Source of the DNA: an uncultured Chloroflexia bacterium
GTDB taxonomy: Bacteria > Chloroflexota > Limnocylindria > Limnocylindrales > CSP1-4
Assembly: GCA_963748625.1 (NCBI GenBank)
Contig: CAVVJT010000007.1
Span: 448,001-512,000, forward strand
Length of the DNA stretch: 64,000 bases
Reading direction: 5' to 3'
Shown here: piece by piece, positions 44,748 to 55,948 of the stretch
How the letters are laid out: the number at the start of each line of letters is the position of its first letter
How positions within the stretch are numbered: position 1 is the stretch's first letter
Made by a program: the position numbers and the translations under genes
The notes under the pieces: model-generated
The model's database searches: none
Seen by the model: only the letters and a program-made list of their open reading frames with translations
What the model was told of the DNA's origin: nothing

Positions 44748-47700
44748 TCAAGTTGCGGTGGGCGTTCCGGTACCGGCATCCACCGCATCGCTGATGCGGG
44801 CCAGGCGCACCGCGATCCGGCGTCGCGTCCGCAGGGCCGACCGGTACCGCAGCCACATCGCGAGCGTCACCCCCAGGACGGCGGTGAGCACGAGGGTGAC
44901 AGCGGCGAAGAGCACCGGATCTGCGCGACCCGGGCCGGCAAGGGCTGCGTCGATCAGCTCGAGCCCGGGCGTGTGCGGGCCGATCGTCGTTCCGATGAGC
45001 GCGGCCGTCGTCGTGCCTCCGGGTCCGGAGACGGCCGCGCCCGCCGCGCCAAGGTCTCCCAGCAGCACCATGTCCGCCGGGTCGGTGACCACGAGCACCG
45101 GGCCGCCGCGATCGTCCGGGGTGCCCGTCGCGTTGACCGCGTCGCCCGGCTCGACGAGATCCGCGAGGTCGCCTGCGGCACCTTCGAGCACCACGCGCCC
45201 CGTCGCGGTCCCATCGTCCAGCTCGAACCCGTCGTCAGCGACCACTGTCACCAGACCGCCGACGCGGACGGTGGAGCCGAGGTGCGCGGCGAGGTCGGCG
45301 AGCTCCACATCCTCGGTCGTCGTACTGCTGCTCTCTGTCCCGTCAGGCGGTCCCCCCTCGCCCCCCGGGGCTCCCGATGATCCCGACCCGGCACCGGTCG
45401 CACCGCTGCCCGCCGCCGCGGGCATCGGCGAGGACGATGGGACGGCCGCCCCGAGCGCGATGTCCCCGCCGGACCGGGGGACGATCGCGTATCGCCGGTC
45501 GGTCGCCGTCGGGTACGGCCGCTTCACGATCCCGATCACCGTCGCAGTGCGGCCCTCGACGAGCGCCGTGGACGGGATCGAGCTGCCTGCCAGACCGACG
45601 ACGAGCAGGCGCAAGCCACCCTGCGCGAGCTCCGCCGTCCAGCGATCCCCGTCCTTGTGGACGTCGGTCACGGTCCCGTGGACCTTGACGAGACGCCACT
45701 CGGTCGCGGCACCGGGCGCCACCCGCAGGCTGGACACCACCGGCACTCTCGTCCCGAGCAGCTTGAACACGTCCACTCGCAGGCGCGGCGCGCCCCACGC
45801 CCGTCCGACGACGCCGGTCGCCCGGACACGTGCCCCGGTACGGATGGCGGACGACGGCTTGTCGAGGTAGATCTCGATCGCGCCGCCGGCATCCTCGATG
45901 ACTGCCCGGCGCCCGGACGCGTCCAGCAGGGTGCCGCCCGCGGTGATGGTGCCCTCGATGGTGACCGTGGCGCCATCACGGACCTTCGCGGCGGCAATGG
46001 AGAGATGCGGCGCTGGGGTGGCCTGCGGAGGAGGGCTCGCCGCGGCGGCCGGCGTCGGCGAGGCGGCGGCCACGATGGTCACGTCCGCGCGGTCTCGGAG
46101 CCAGAGGCGATAACCGTCCAAAGCGCCCTTGCGCGACGCCCTCTGGCCGACGATGCCGACCAGGGTTACGGAGGCCCCCTTGCGCAGGGTTGCTGACGGG
46201 ATGTCGGCGGATCCATCCGCGTAGACCCGGAGGGTTGCCCCGCCGGCCGCGGTGATCGTGAGCACGATGTCGCCGCTGGTGGCCTTGGCAGGGGCCGACG
46301 AGATCGTCCCCGAGGTGCGGACGAGGCGGCCCTCGGTGGCTTCACCGGCTGCGGCCACGTCCATGGCCACCTGGGTGGGCGCCTCGGCTGTCCCGACCAC
46401 GACCGGCGCAGCGCGCAGGCGAAGCTCGGTCTGGCCATAGGGCGCCGCGATCACGCCCGTCACTTCGACGAGCGTGCCGCGCGCTGGAGCCCGGTCGCCC
46501 GCGCGAAGCCGGACCGGCAGACCGCCGGTGGCATCGCCGATCGCCAGCAGGGCCGGCGTCCCGAGACGCCCCGCCTCAGCGGTGACGACGCCGCGGACCG
46601 TCACCCGGCCATCAACGGGAATGAGCCTCGCTGCTGCGACACCGGCCGCGAGGGGTGCCGGGGATGCGGTCGGGGCAGGCGTCTGCGATGCCGTGGGTGT
46701 CGCCGTCGGGACCGAGGTCGGCGATGGGCTCGCACTCGGCGACGCACTAGGGCCTGGGGTCGGCGAGGGGCTCGGGCTCACGGTGGGTATCGGGGTAGGC
46801 GGCAGGGTCGGCGTCGGGGTCGGCGTCGGGGTCGGTTCGGGCGGCACCACGGCAACCTCGCCCGGCAGCGTCACATGGACGCGGTAGCCTGCGAGGCCCG
46901 TGCCGCTGCTGTCACGCTGGCCGAGCGGACCGGTCGCGATCACGATCGAGCCGCGTTGGATCTCGGTGGCGCCGAGTGCGCCCGCGCCGGCGATCACCCG
47001 GATCGCCCCTGACCCGTCGTCGAGCGTGATGCCGAGCCCATCCGCGGTGGCCTCCGGGTTCGCGGTCACCGTCCCGCTGACGGACACGCGCGTGCCCTCG
47101 AACCCTTCTCCGGCGCCTCCGGTCGCGACCGTCAAAGGCCCTGGGAGTCCTGCGACACCGATGATGACGACGTCGGACTCGTCTGCGCGAATGACACGCT
47201 GCGCGTACCGGGTCGATGCCGATCCGGCGAGGCGGATGCTGGTTCCGGCGGGGATGGCCGCCACGACGGCCGCGTCGAGGTAGATCGCGATCCCACCCGT
47301 CGAGTCCTGGACGAACGCCATGCGCTTGGACTCGAGCGCGCCGAGATCGGTGGTGAGGACGCCTTCGATGACGACAGGACTGTCATCCGGCAGCAGCCGC
47401 ACATCGGCGACGGCCTGCGCCGGGACGGGGCTGGGCGTCGGGGGCGGGTCCGGCGAAACCGAAGGGGTCGCATCAGGTGTCGGGGTCGGAGCGGGCGTGG
47501 GCTCCGGGCTCGGCTCGGGCGTGACCGACGGCTCCGGGCTCGGCTCGGGCGTGACCGACGGCACCGGGCTCGGCTCGGGGTCGGGACCGACGGTCGCCGA
47601 GCTCGGCTCGGGCGTGACCGACGGCACCGGGGTCGGCTCGGGGGTGGCCGACGGCACCGGGGTCGGCGTCGGCATCGGCGTCGCGTTGAGACCTTCTGCC

Positions 47701-48284
47701 ACGGGAACCGGATTGACCCGGAAGTCCGAGGCGTTGTCGTTCGTGTCCAGCCCGGCCAGGCGCTCGATCGACGACCCGCTCACTGGTGCTGGCGCCGCGA
47801 TGCCTTCGACGAACCCGCTGGTCGCATCGCCCCACCCCACCGCGTCAAGCGGCGACCCACCGACCGGCCGGACCACGATCGCGCCACCCGTGGCCGCGAG
47901 ACCGCCCGAGTACACCGCGTCCGCGAGCGGCGCGAAGACGCCCAGGCTGTTGGCGAGCAGCAGACGCTGTCCCGGCCCGAGCACGATGGGCGTCGTCCAG
48001 CTGGCCTTGCGCGTGACCGTCGCTCCAGACGCGGTCACGTATGCGACCTCGAGACCTGCGAGGTCCACGTCCAGCGGGCCGGCGTTCGCCAGCTCCACGT
48101 ACTCGTCCGAAGCCGAAGCCCCGCCCGTCACCACCTCCTGCACGACAACCCCGACGGAGGGTGGCCACGCGACCGCGCCTGCCAGCGACATCGGCCCGGG
48201 CCGGAGAATCATGCCCGGCGACGGCACGCCGGCCAGCACGAGAAACAGCAACGCGACATATGCCGCCAGCCGGGCGCGCACCAT
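44748..48284 (-). CDS. Large surface protein: signal peptide, lamin-tail domain, P/T linkers, multiple OB-fold-like domains, C-terminal TM anchor
   Basis: VVVQEV...DEYVELAN...DAVGWG...DTNDNASDF (LTD); repeated V-x-I-E-G-V-(L/V)-T...QDSTGGIAIY units; TM helix plus basic tail. Confidence 0.8.
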   Translation of the reverse strand: MVRARLAAYVALLFLVLAGVPSPGMILRPGPMSLAGAVAWPPSVGVVVQEVVTGGASASDEYVELANAGPLDVDLAGLEVAYVTASGATVTRKASWTTPIVLGPGQRLLLANSLGVFAPLADAVYSGGLAATGGAIVVRPVGGSPLDAVGWGDATSGFVEGIAAPAPVSGSSIERLAGLDTNDNASDFRVNPVPVAEGLNATPMPTPTPVPSATPEPTPVPSVTPEPSSATVGPDPEPSPVPSVTPEPSPEPSVTPEPSPEPTPAPTPTPDATPSVSPDPPPTPSPVPAQAVADVRLLPDDSPVVIEGVLTTDLGALESKRMAFVQDSTGGIAIYLDAAVVAAIPAGTSIRLAGSASTRYAQRVIRADESDVVIIGVAGLPGPLTVATGGAGEGFEGTRVSVSGTVTANPEATADGLGITLDDGSGAIRVIAGAGALGATEIQRGSIVIATGPLGQRDSSGTGLAGYRVHVTLPGEVAVVPPEPTPTPTPTPTLPPTPIPTVSPSPSPTPGPSASPSASPSPTSVPTATPTASQTPAPTASPAPLAAGVAAARLIPVDGRVTVRGVVTAEAGRLGTPALLAIGDATGGLPVRLRAGDRAPARGTLVEVTGVIAAPYGQTELRLRAAPVVVGTAEAPTQVAMDVAAAGEATEGRLVRTSGTISSAPAKATSGDIVLTITAAGGATLRVYADGSADIPSATLRKGASVTLVGIVGQRASRKGALDGYRLWLRDRADVTIVAAASPTPAAAASPPPQATPAPHLSIAAAKVRDGATVTIEGTITAGGTLLDASGRRAVIEDAGGAIEIYLDKPSSAIRTGARVRATGVVGRAWGAPRLRVDVFKLLGTRVPVVSSLRVAPGAATEWRLVKVHGTVTDVHKDGDRWTAELAQGGLRLLVVGLAGSSIPSTALVEGRTATVIGIVKRPYPTATDRRYAIVPRSGGDIALGAAVPSSSPMPAAAGSGATGAGSGSSGAPGGEGGPPDGTESSSTTTEDVELADLAAHLGSTVRVGGLVTVVADDGFELDDGTATGRVVLEGAAGDLADLVEPGDAVNATGTPDDRGGPVLVVTDPADMVLLGDLGAAGAAVSGPGGTTTAALIGTTIGPHTPGLELIDAALAGPGRADPVLFAAVTLVLTAVLGVTLAMWLRYRSALRTRRRIAVRLARISDAVDAGTGTPTAT

Positions 48285-48473
48285 CGAGGACCTCCGGGCG
48301 GGTGTTCGGGCGGCGGGAGTCGACAGTGTGGTCCGCGCAACTTATGCGCCACTTACGCACCACGCATCCCCCGCTGCATCGAGCGCCTGACGCGCGCGCC
48401 GCCCTCGCGGCGCTGACCCGGTACCATGCAGGCCGCCGCCCGTCGCGGCACCGTTTCCCGACAGGAGGACCTC

Positions 48474-49241
48474 GTGGCCCGCGCCAAGCGCACCGACCGC
48501 ACCGACGCCCGCCGCCGCCGCCGCGCGGAGCAGGCCGCGCTGACCGGGGAGACGGAGACGATCGAGGAGACGACCGCCAAGCCCGGCTCCACGTCGGCCA
48601 CCAAGGCGAAGCCGGCCTCGGGCCAGCGCCCCGGTTTCACGGCCCTGATGAAGCAGGCGTACCGCCCGCCCCAGATCATCGATGACCTCAAGGCGCTCCC
48701 GCTCGTGCTCATCAACCCGGGCTTCCTCCTCGCCTCGGCCGGCTCCATCGCCATCGCCGTCTGGTTCGTGCTCTCGTACAACACGGCCGTCAGCGCGGTG
48801 CCGATCGGCGATGCCGAGGGCCTAGCCGCGGTGTCGAACTCGTATCAGATTCCCGCGATGCTCATGGGCATGGTGATCTCACCGCCACCCGCGGTCGGCG
48901 CGTTCCTGATCGGCTTCATGGCCAAGCGCGCATCCTGGCTGGGCGGCCTCATCTACGGGATCCTCTGCACGATCATCGTGATCCTCGTGCTCCAGCAGCC
49001 CGCTGGCCGCCTGTTCACGGGCGACGCCTCTGCGGAGTCGTTCATCGCGAGCACCGCCGCCTGGTCTCCGGTTGGTGCCGCGCTCTTCGCCGCCGCCGCC
49101 GCCTGGTACAAGCGGTTCCTGAACCTCTCGAACCCGAGCCGCGCGGCCGCCCAGCGCGAGCGCGACCAGCAGGGCAAGCAGCAGAAGCCGCAGGGCCGCG
49201 GCGACGTGAAGCCGAACCACCGCTCGACCTCACCTCGCTGA
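48474..49241 (+). CDS. Hypothetical membrane protein
   Basis: AGGAGG RBS with GTG start; basic N-terminus and about four TM segments. Confidence 0.8.
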   Translation: MARAKRTDRTDARRRRRAEQAALTGETETIEETTAKPGSTSATKAKPASGQRPGFTALMKQAYRPPQIIDDLKALPLVLINPGFLLASAGSIAIAVWFVLSYNTAVSAVPIGDAEGLAAVSNSYQIPAMLMGMVISPPPAVGAFLIGFMAKRASWLGGLIYGILCTIIVILVLQQPAGRLFTGDASAESFIASTAAWSPVGAALFAAAAAWYKRFLNLSNPSRAAAQRERDQQGKQQKPQGRGDVKPNHRSTSPR

Positions 49242-49261
49242 CCGGGCACTCCCCGCCCATC

Positions 49262-49287
49262 GAACGCCCGGCTCCGGCCGGGCGTTC
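49262..49287. terminator. Hairpin terminator
   Basis: GAACGCCCGGC-TCCG-GCCGGGCGTTC. Confidence 0.65.
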
Positions 49288-49547
49288 TGCGTTTCCGGCG
49301 AACGTTCGGCGCCTCCGGCCAATCCACCTGCCCGCCGGGCGCGAAGTGGAGGCAAGACAGGTGTCTCGCCCCGGAGTCGGCGATCCCGTGACGGAAGCTC
49401 GGGCCGGACCGGGATTGCCGCCCTCGGGGCAAGGCACGGTCGATCTGGCGGCACGGAGCCTCCTCCCTCTCCCTCCGTGCCGCCTGCTCCTCCCTCCCCT
49501 GCGGTGACCGCCTCCACGGTCCCGCACGCCCTCGACCCCCCACCCCG

Positions 49548-52500
49548 TCAGCGCAGGCGGCGCATCCCGGCCTGCCCCATCTGGCGCACGCCCGACGGTG
49601 ACTCGGGCCCGCCCGCCGCCGACGCCACCTCCACCAGCGGCCGCACATCGCGGGCGATCACATTGACCACCTCGCCCTCACGCTGGAGATCCCCCTCCAC
49701 CAGCAGCAGCGCATGCCGGCGCACCACCGAGCGCAGCCGCGCCCACGTGTCCGGCCAGAGCGTGACGTTGACCATCCCGCTCTCATCCTCGAGCGCGAGG
49801 AACACCGTTCCCTTCGCCGTCATCGGATGCTGGCGCGTGACCACCAGCCCGCCGATCTTCACCTTCCCGGGCCGTCGCCCCGCCAGGGCCGCATTCGGCA
49901 GCGCTCCCAGCCGATCCAGTGCCGGCCGGAACAGGGCCACCGCCTGGTGCCGGGCGTCCAGCCCCACCACCGCGTAGGCGTCGCCCAGGCGCTCGGGCTC
50001 CGTGAGCGGCGGCAGGTCGGGCGCCTCCGTCGCCGGCAGGCGCAGGTCCATCGGCCGGCCGGCGGCCTTGCCTCGCCCCCTGCCCCGCACGGTCCGCCCG
50101 TCCACGCGACCCTTCGATGCCCCGGCCACCTCGCGCAGCTGCCAGAGCAGCTCGCGCCTCGGCCGGCCCAGGGAGTCCAGTGCCCCCGCCCGGATGAGCC
50201 GCTCGACCACCTCCTCCGACAGCCCCGTCCGCTCGACGACGTCGGCGAGGCCCGTGTACGGGCCACGCGCCAGCTCCGCGTCCAGCCGCGCATGCTCCGC
50301 CTCGCCGATCCCCTTGACCAGGTGCAGCCCCAGGCGGATCCCCCAGCCCGGCATCGACTCCGCCGCCCAGCGCCGCCGTGAGGCCGCCACCGGGATCACG
50401 CACGCGGGTGAGCGCACGGGTCGCGGGTACGCGTCGATCCCGGTGTCATCGGGCAGCGGTTCGCCCGCATCGGCGTCGTGCGAGCCGTCGTCGCCCGCCT
50501 CCTCTGCCAGCGCCCAGCCGGGCCGGCCCACCCATTCGGTCGTGGTCCGCCACGCGGAGCGGTTGATGTCCACCGGCAGGACGGCGACGCCGTGGCGCTT
50601 CGCGTCGTTGACGAGCACCTCCACCGGGTAGAAGCCCATCGGCTGGGCATTGATGAGGCCGACGGTGAACTGGGCCGGATAGAAGAGCTTGAGGAACGCC
50701 GACTCGTAGGCGGTCCGCGCGAATGCTGCGGCGTGGCTCTTGGCGAAGCCGAAGGACGCGAACCCGGCCACCCGCCGGAACAGCTCCTCCGCGTCGTCTG
50801 CCGGCATGCCCTGCACGCGCGCGCAGCCGCCGACGAACTCGTCGTGGAGCTTGTCCATCTCGCGCTTGCTGCGGTACGTGCCCATCGCCCGCCGGAACGC
50901 GTCCGACCCCGCCGGGGTGAAGCCCGCCACGTCGATGGCGATCCGCATCACCTGCTCCTGGTACAGGATCACGCCCAGGGTGTCGTGGAGGATGGGCTCC
51001 AAGGATGGGTGCAGGTACTCCACGGGCTCCAGGCCCTGCTTGCGGCGCAGGTACGGGTGGACGGCGTTGCCCTGGATGGGGCCGGGCCGAATGATCGCGA
51101 CCTCCACCACGAGGTCGTCCAGGCTCTCCGGTCTCGACTTCGGCAGGGTCTGCATCTGGGCCCGGCTCTCCACCTGGAACACGCCGACGGTGTCGGCCGC
51201 CTGGAGCATCGTGAAGACCTCGGGAATCTCCTCGGGGATCCGGTCGAGGTCAAGGCAGACCGCGCAGTCGTGCTCCACGAGCTGGACGGTCTCGTCGATG
51301 GCCGCCAGCATCCCGAGGCCCAGCAGGTCCAGCTTGATGAGCTTCATCGTCTCGACGTCGCGCTTGTCGTACTGGACGACGACCCGATCCTTCATGGTGG
51401 CCCGCTCGATGGGCGCGATGTCGATGAGGGGAGCCGCTGTCACCAGCATGCCGCCGGTGTGGATGGAGAGGTGGCGCGGGAAGCCGTCGATGCGGGCGCA
51501 CAGCTCCAGCCAGCGCTCCCAGTCCGACAGGCCCACGAGCGAGCCCTGGTGGCGGCCGTCCGATGCAGCCGGCTCGGGCGGGTCGAGGCGGGCGACGGAG
51601 CTGCGCGCGGCGTCGAGGCGCTGCGCCGCCTCCCGGTAGGGGGCCCAGCCATCGGTGGCCGCTCCACCCGTCCCGCGACCCGCCCGCAGCCAGGCGACGC
51701 TCGCGGGTGTGTCGCCCGGGCCGCCCTCGTCGTCCCCCCGTCCCCCGGATCGGATCGCCGGCGCCGACCCGGGCGCCCCGTCCCATGTCCCGTTTCCGGG
51801 CTCGTCGTCCCCCCGCCGGGCCATCCGCCCGTTCCCATGCTCGCCCGAGCCGTCGCTCCCGAGCCGCCCGCCCCGTGCATGGTTCAGCTGCCCCATGGGG
51901 TCCACGAGCCCGCGCTCCGCTGCCCGGGAGGCCGCTCCCGCCATCGCGATCTCCGCCGTCAGCCGCCGCGAGCCCCGGACCGCGTCCCCCGCGAGTCCTC
52001 CCGTGAGATCGGGCGCCTCCTCGCCCGGCCGCGCGAAGAACCGCGCGAACCCGCCCTCCGCCTCGAGATCGCGCCGCACCATGACGCTGTCGTACGTCTC
52101 GAGCGCCTTCGCCACCCGGTCCACCAGCGGGCGCGGGAACCCCAGCGCGTACCCGACCTCCCGCACCGCCGACCGCGCCCGGTACGTCACCAGGTTGCAG
52201 ACCATCCCGGTGTGCTCCTGGCCGTACCGGTTGTACACGTACTGGATGACCTCCTCGCGACGCTCGCTGGAGAAGTCGATGTCCACGTCCGGGTATGCCG
52301 TCCGCCCCTCGTTGATGAACCGCTCGAACAGCAGCTCGTGACGGATCGGATCCACCCGGGTGATCCCCAGCACATACGCCACGATCGAATCCGCCGCGCT
52401 CCCTCGCCCCTGGGCCGGGATGCCCCGCGACTTCGCGAACCGCATCAGGTCCCAGCAGATCAGGAAGAACTCGGCGAGACCGGTCTTCTCGATCACCTCC

Positions 52501-53715
52501 AGCTCGTGCGCGAGCTGCGAGACGACCGCGGGGGTGAGCGGGTGGTACCGGCGGCGGGCGCCCTGCCAGCACAGCTCGGAGAGGTGGCTGAACGGCGTCT
52601 CGCCCTTGGGCACCGGGAAGCCCGGGAACCGGTAGCGCTCGAAGGAGAGCTCGACGCGACAGGCGGCCGCGATCTCCACCGACGCCGCGATGCCCTCCCG
52701 CCACGCCCGCGCCAGGACCGGGTCCGCCGCGCCCGTGGCGTCCTCGCCCGGGGGCATCGCCAGCAGGTCGCCGGCACCCTTGAGGTACGACTCCCCGTCG
52801 GGCCGGCGCAGGTCCGCCAGCTCCCCGAGGGACCGTCCGTGGCGGATGGCCGTGAGCACGTCCGCCGAGCTCCCGGTCGTGCGGGAGCGCGTAGTGGACG
52901 TCGTTGGTGACCACCACCGGCAGCGACAGCGCATCGGCCAGCCGCGCGGTCTCCGACGCCATCCAGTCGTCGTCGGGCAGCAGATGGTGGGCCAGCTCGA
53001 GCACGAACCCCGAGCGTGCGGCCGAATCCCCCGCGCCGAACAGGCGTCCGTACCGCTCCGCCGCCGCGCGAGCTCCCTCGCGGTCGCCTGCCCGCAGGCG
53101 TCGCGCGATCTCGCCGTGCCGGCAGCCCGACAGCGCGACCAGTCCCTCCGCGTTCGCCTGGAGCAGGTCGTGGGTGAACCGCGGTACCGCCTTCGACCCT
53201 GCGAGGTTCGCCCGCGACACCATGCGGCACAGGCTCCGCCAGCCCGTGGCATCCCTGGCCAGGAGCACCAGGTGCGGCCCGCGCTGGTCCTCGCCGATGC
53301 CGCGCAGGTCCTCCTTGACCTCACGCCGGTGGCCGGGCAGGCGGGCGCGCAGCGGCCGGGGGCGCTCGGGCCGACCCTCGACGACGACGGGTGCCTCCTC
53401 GACGCGGGGCGGCCGCCGCCCGGGGCGCCAGGTCCGTCGTGCGGGCACGACGATCGCGCCGGGGTCCGGCACCGCCGCATCGAGCAACTCGATCTCGATC
53501 CCGATCACCGGGTGCAGCCCCGCCTCGCGGGCGGCGTTCGCGAACCGGACCGCGCCGTAGAGGCCCTGGTGGTCGGTGACCGCGAGTCCGGTCAGGCCCA
53601 GCTCGACGGCGCGGGCGACCAGCTCATCGGGCGCGGAGGCGCCGTCGAGGAATGAGAAGTGGGAGTGGCAGTGGAGCTCGGCGTAGGCAGGCGCGGTGGT
53701 GGTTGAGGTGGCCAC
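49548..53715 (-). CDS. dnaE2: Error-prone DNA polymerase DnaE2 (ImuC), frameshift near 52865
   Basis: AELHCHSHFSFLDGAS (PHP), GRGSAADS, PDVDIDF, FPRHLSIHTGG, KLDLLGLGML, FQVESRAQM, NAQPMGFY, RQHPMTAKG. Confidence 0.93.
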
Positions 53716-53755
53716 GGGCAATGTCCTGGATGTCCCGGGGGCGGGCCCGGAGTCT

Positions 53756-53769
53756 AGAACATCTGTTCT
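53756..53769. promoter_or_regulatory. LexA SOS box upstream of dnaE2
   Basis: AGAAC-ATCT-GTTCT abutting a minus-strand -10 TAGACT. Confidence 0.9.
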
Positions 53770-53782
53770 GTTTATGCCAGCC

Positions 53783-54454
53783 CTATGCGGGTTCGACCAC
53801 CACCTGGAGGAGCGATGCGAGGACGGCGTCCGCGCCCGCGTCGGCCAGGTCCACGTCCGCCCGCTCGGGGATGCCCACGGCGAACATGCCCGCCGCCTTC
53901 GCGGCCTGCACGCCCATCGGCGAATCCTCGAACGCGATGGCGTCCCGAGGGTCCACGCCGAGCAGGCGGCAGGCCTCGAGGTACACGTCGGGCTCAGGCT
54001 TCGTGCTGCCGATGTCGATCCCGGATGCGACCAGGTCGAGCACCCCGAGCCCCACGGCATCGAGCGCCCGGCGCACGAGGTCGCCGGACGTGTTCGAGGC
54101 GACCGCCATCGGCAGCCGGCCCGCCAGGGCTTCCACCAGCTCCCTGGCGCCGGCGTGGAACGGCGCACCTGACCGGTAGTGGGCGAGCATGATCTCGCCG
54201 ATCTCGCGCTCGATGTCGGCCGGTGGCAGGCCCAGGCGCTCCCCGTAGATGGCAGCCGTGTCCACGAGCGCCCGCCCGTGCGAGGCGATCATGTCGGCCT
54301 CGGAGAAGATGTCGCCGTGGCGCGCGAGCAGCTCCCGTTCGGCGTCGTGCCACATGGGCTCCGTGTCGAGCAGCAGGCCGTCCATGTCGAACACGACCGC
54401 CCGGAACCGGCCGGGCAGGACGAGCGTGGCGGTGTCGGACGGCAGGGTGGTCAC
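53783..54454 (-). CDS. HAD-family phosphatase (beta-PGM/CbbY-like)
   Basis: FDMDGLLLDTE, VASN, KPEPDVY, FEDS. Confidence 0.92.
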   Translation of the reverse strand: MTTLPSDTATLVLPGRFRAVVFDMDGLLLDTEPMWHDAERELLARHGDIFSEADMIASHGRALVDTAAIYGERLGLPPADIEREIGEIMLAHYRSGAPFHAGARELVEALAGRLPMAVASNTSGDLVRRALDAVGLGVLDLVASGIDIGSTKPEPDVYLEACRLLGVDPRDAIAFEDSPMGVQAAKAAGMFAVGIPERADVDLADAGADAVLASLLQVVVEPA

Positions 54455-54555
54455 GTGAGCCTCGCGTGGGGGTGGCCAATTGTAGTGCGCGGGCTCGCGC
54501 CGGGCGGGAACTTCCAGGCGCCGGGACGCAACTGGAGCGGCATGTCCGGCGTCTC

Positions 54556-54690
54556 ATGGCTGTGATCGCCAACCTGCGCCATCCGACCCGGACACCCGCG
54601 CTCGAGCTCCTCCTGCGAGTGCTCGCGGCCGTGCTGACGGGGGCGACGATCATGGGCCTGCTTCCGGCGCTGCTGGAGTTGGCCGCGTAA
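54556..54690 (+). CDS. Small single-TM peptide (44 aa)
   Basis: MAVIANLRHPTRTPALELLLRVLAAVLTGATIMGLLPALLELAA. Confidence 0.5.
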   Translation: MAVIANLRHPTRTPALELLLRVLAAVLTGATIMGLLPALLELAA

Positions 54691-54860
54691 CACACCGGCG
54701 GCGGTCATCGCAATCGGCGACCGCCGACCTGGTCCCGGGCCGTGGGCAGCCCGGAGACCCCGAGGACCCTCGCCGCATGAGGCGGCGGGGGTCCTCTGCT
54801 GTCCGGGGGCCGCCGTGATGCCCGGAGCCACCACGATGTCCGGGGGCTACCATGCGCACG

Positions 54861-55443
54861 ATGCCCGTCCAGTTCCTCCGCCTGCTGCTCGCCGGCCTGC
54901 TCGTGGTCTCGGTGGCCGCCTGCCTCTACGACCCGCCCCCGTCGGTGACGGTTCCCGCCGCGGGCACGCCGGTCCCGTCGACCCCGTCCACGGGTCCAGC
55001 GACAACGTCCGGTGCGACGGCGCCCGTGGACCCCACACCCGTCCCGGTCCCCGACACGCCCGAGCCCACCGAGGAGCCCGAGCCCCTCCCAACCCAGGTG
55101 GGCGTGACCGACACCCCCTGGGGAGCGATCCTCGACGAGATCCCCGGCGAGTGGCCCGTGTTCCCCGGCGCCGAACCGGTCGAATCGGATGAGGGGCCCG
55201 CCAGCGGCGCCTGGCTCGCGCCCGACGGGGTGGACCCGGTTGCCCGCTGGTACCGCGACACGCTCGAGGCGGCTGGGTTCACGATCGACAACCTGTCGTC
55301 GCCGCTGGAGGACGGGACCCGTATCCTCGACATCGTGACGGACCTGCCCGAGTGCCGGATCCAGGTCACCTTCCGGCCCGCCGGAGGAGTCGACGATGAT
55401 CACGGTGCTGTACGGTGCGGGTTGCGCCGGCGGCGACGGCTGA
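54861..55443 (+). CDS. Putative Pro/Thr-rich lipoprotein (probable frameshift near 55390)
   Basis: LLVVSVAAC lipobox. The likely true C-terminus MITVLYGAGCAGGDG* is in another frame. Confidence 0.65.
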
Positions 55444-55481
55444 ACGACGCACGGATCGAAGGTCGAAGGAGGTCTCGCGGG

Positions 55482-55580
55482 ATGGAGCCCAAGACGCGCG
55501 ACGTCGTGAGCGCGGGCGTGCTGGCCCTGGTGCTGATGGTGGCGGTCGTCCTGCTCGTGTGGGCCGCGATCCCGGCCTGA
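55482..55580 (+). CDS. Small single-TM peptide (32 aa)
   Basis: AAGGAGG RBS; MEPKTRDVVSAGVLALVLMVAVVLLVWAAIPA. Confidence 0.6.
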   Translation: MEPKTRDVVSAGVLALVLMVAVVLLVWAAIPA

Positions 55581-55723
55581 TCCCGACGCGGGTGCGCGGT
55601 CGGCCCGCGGATCGGCCCGCGGAGGTGCGGGCCGGCGCAACATCTGGCGCGTATCGGGCGTCATGGGAACGACGACCGGGTGGACCGGTCACGTGACCCT
55701 TCAGTGGGGGATTGCTGACAGCG

Positions 55724-55831
55724 GTGCAGACGACACGCCCGCGCGACCTCGGCGCACTGTTCCTGGTCATCGGCGTGTTCGCCATCCTGCTCGTCGTCTC
55801 GATCGTGCTCGGGTCTCCGTCCGTCCGCTGA
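55724..55831 (+). CDS. Small single-TM peptide (35 aa)
   Basis: Manual translation MQTTRPRDLGALFLVIGVFAILLVVSIVLGSPSVR from a GTG start. Confidence 0.5.
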   Translation: MQTTRPRDLGALFLVIGVFAILLVVSIVLGSPSVR

Positions 55832-55948
55832 CTGGCAGCGATCGACGGGGCTGGTGAGCCCGGCCGGGATGGCGGACAGCCGCTTCGGGCCTCGTGACCT
55901 CGCCCGGTCGTCGCCATGCCCGGGCCGGGGTGTCGCAACGGCGCGCGC

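Noticed and set aside
46640-47680. DNA tandem repeats inside the large surface-protein gene
   Set aside because: They encode Pro/Thr/Ser linkers (PTPTP, PSVTPEPSP), which is ordinary for such proteins.
51540-52050. Intein in dnaE2
   Set aside because: No N-terminal Cys block, no His-Asn-(C/S/T) end and no LAGLIDADG motifs; the insert is low-complexity.
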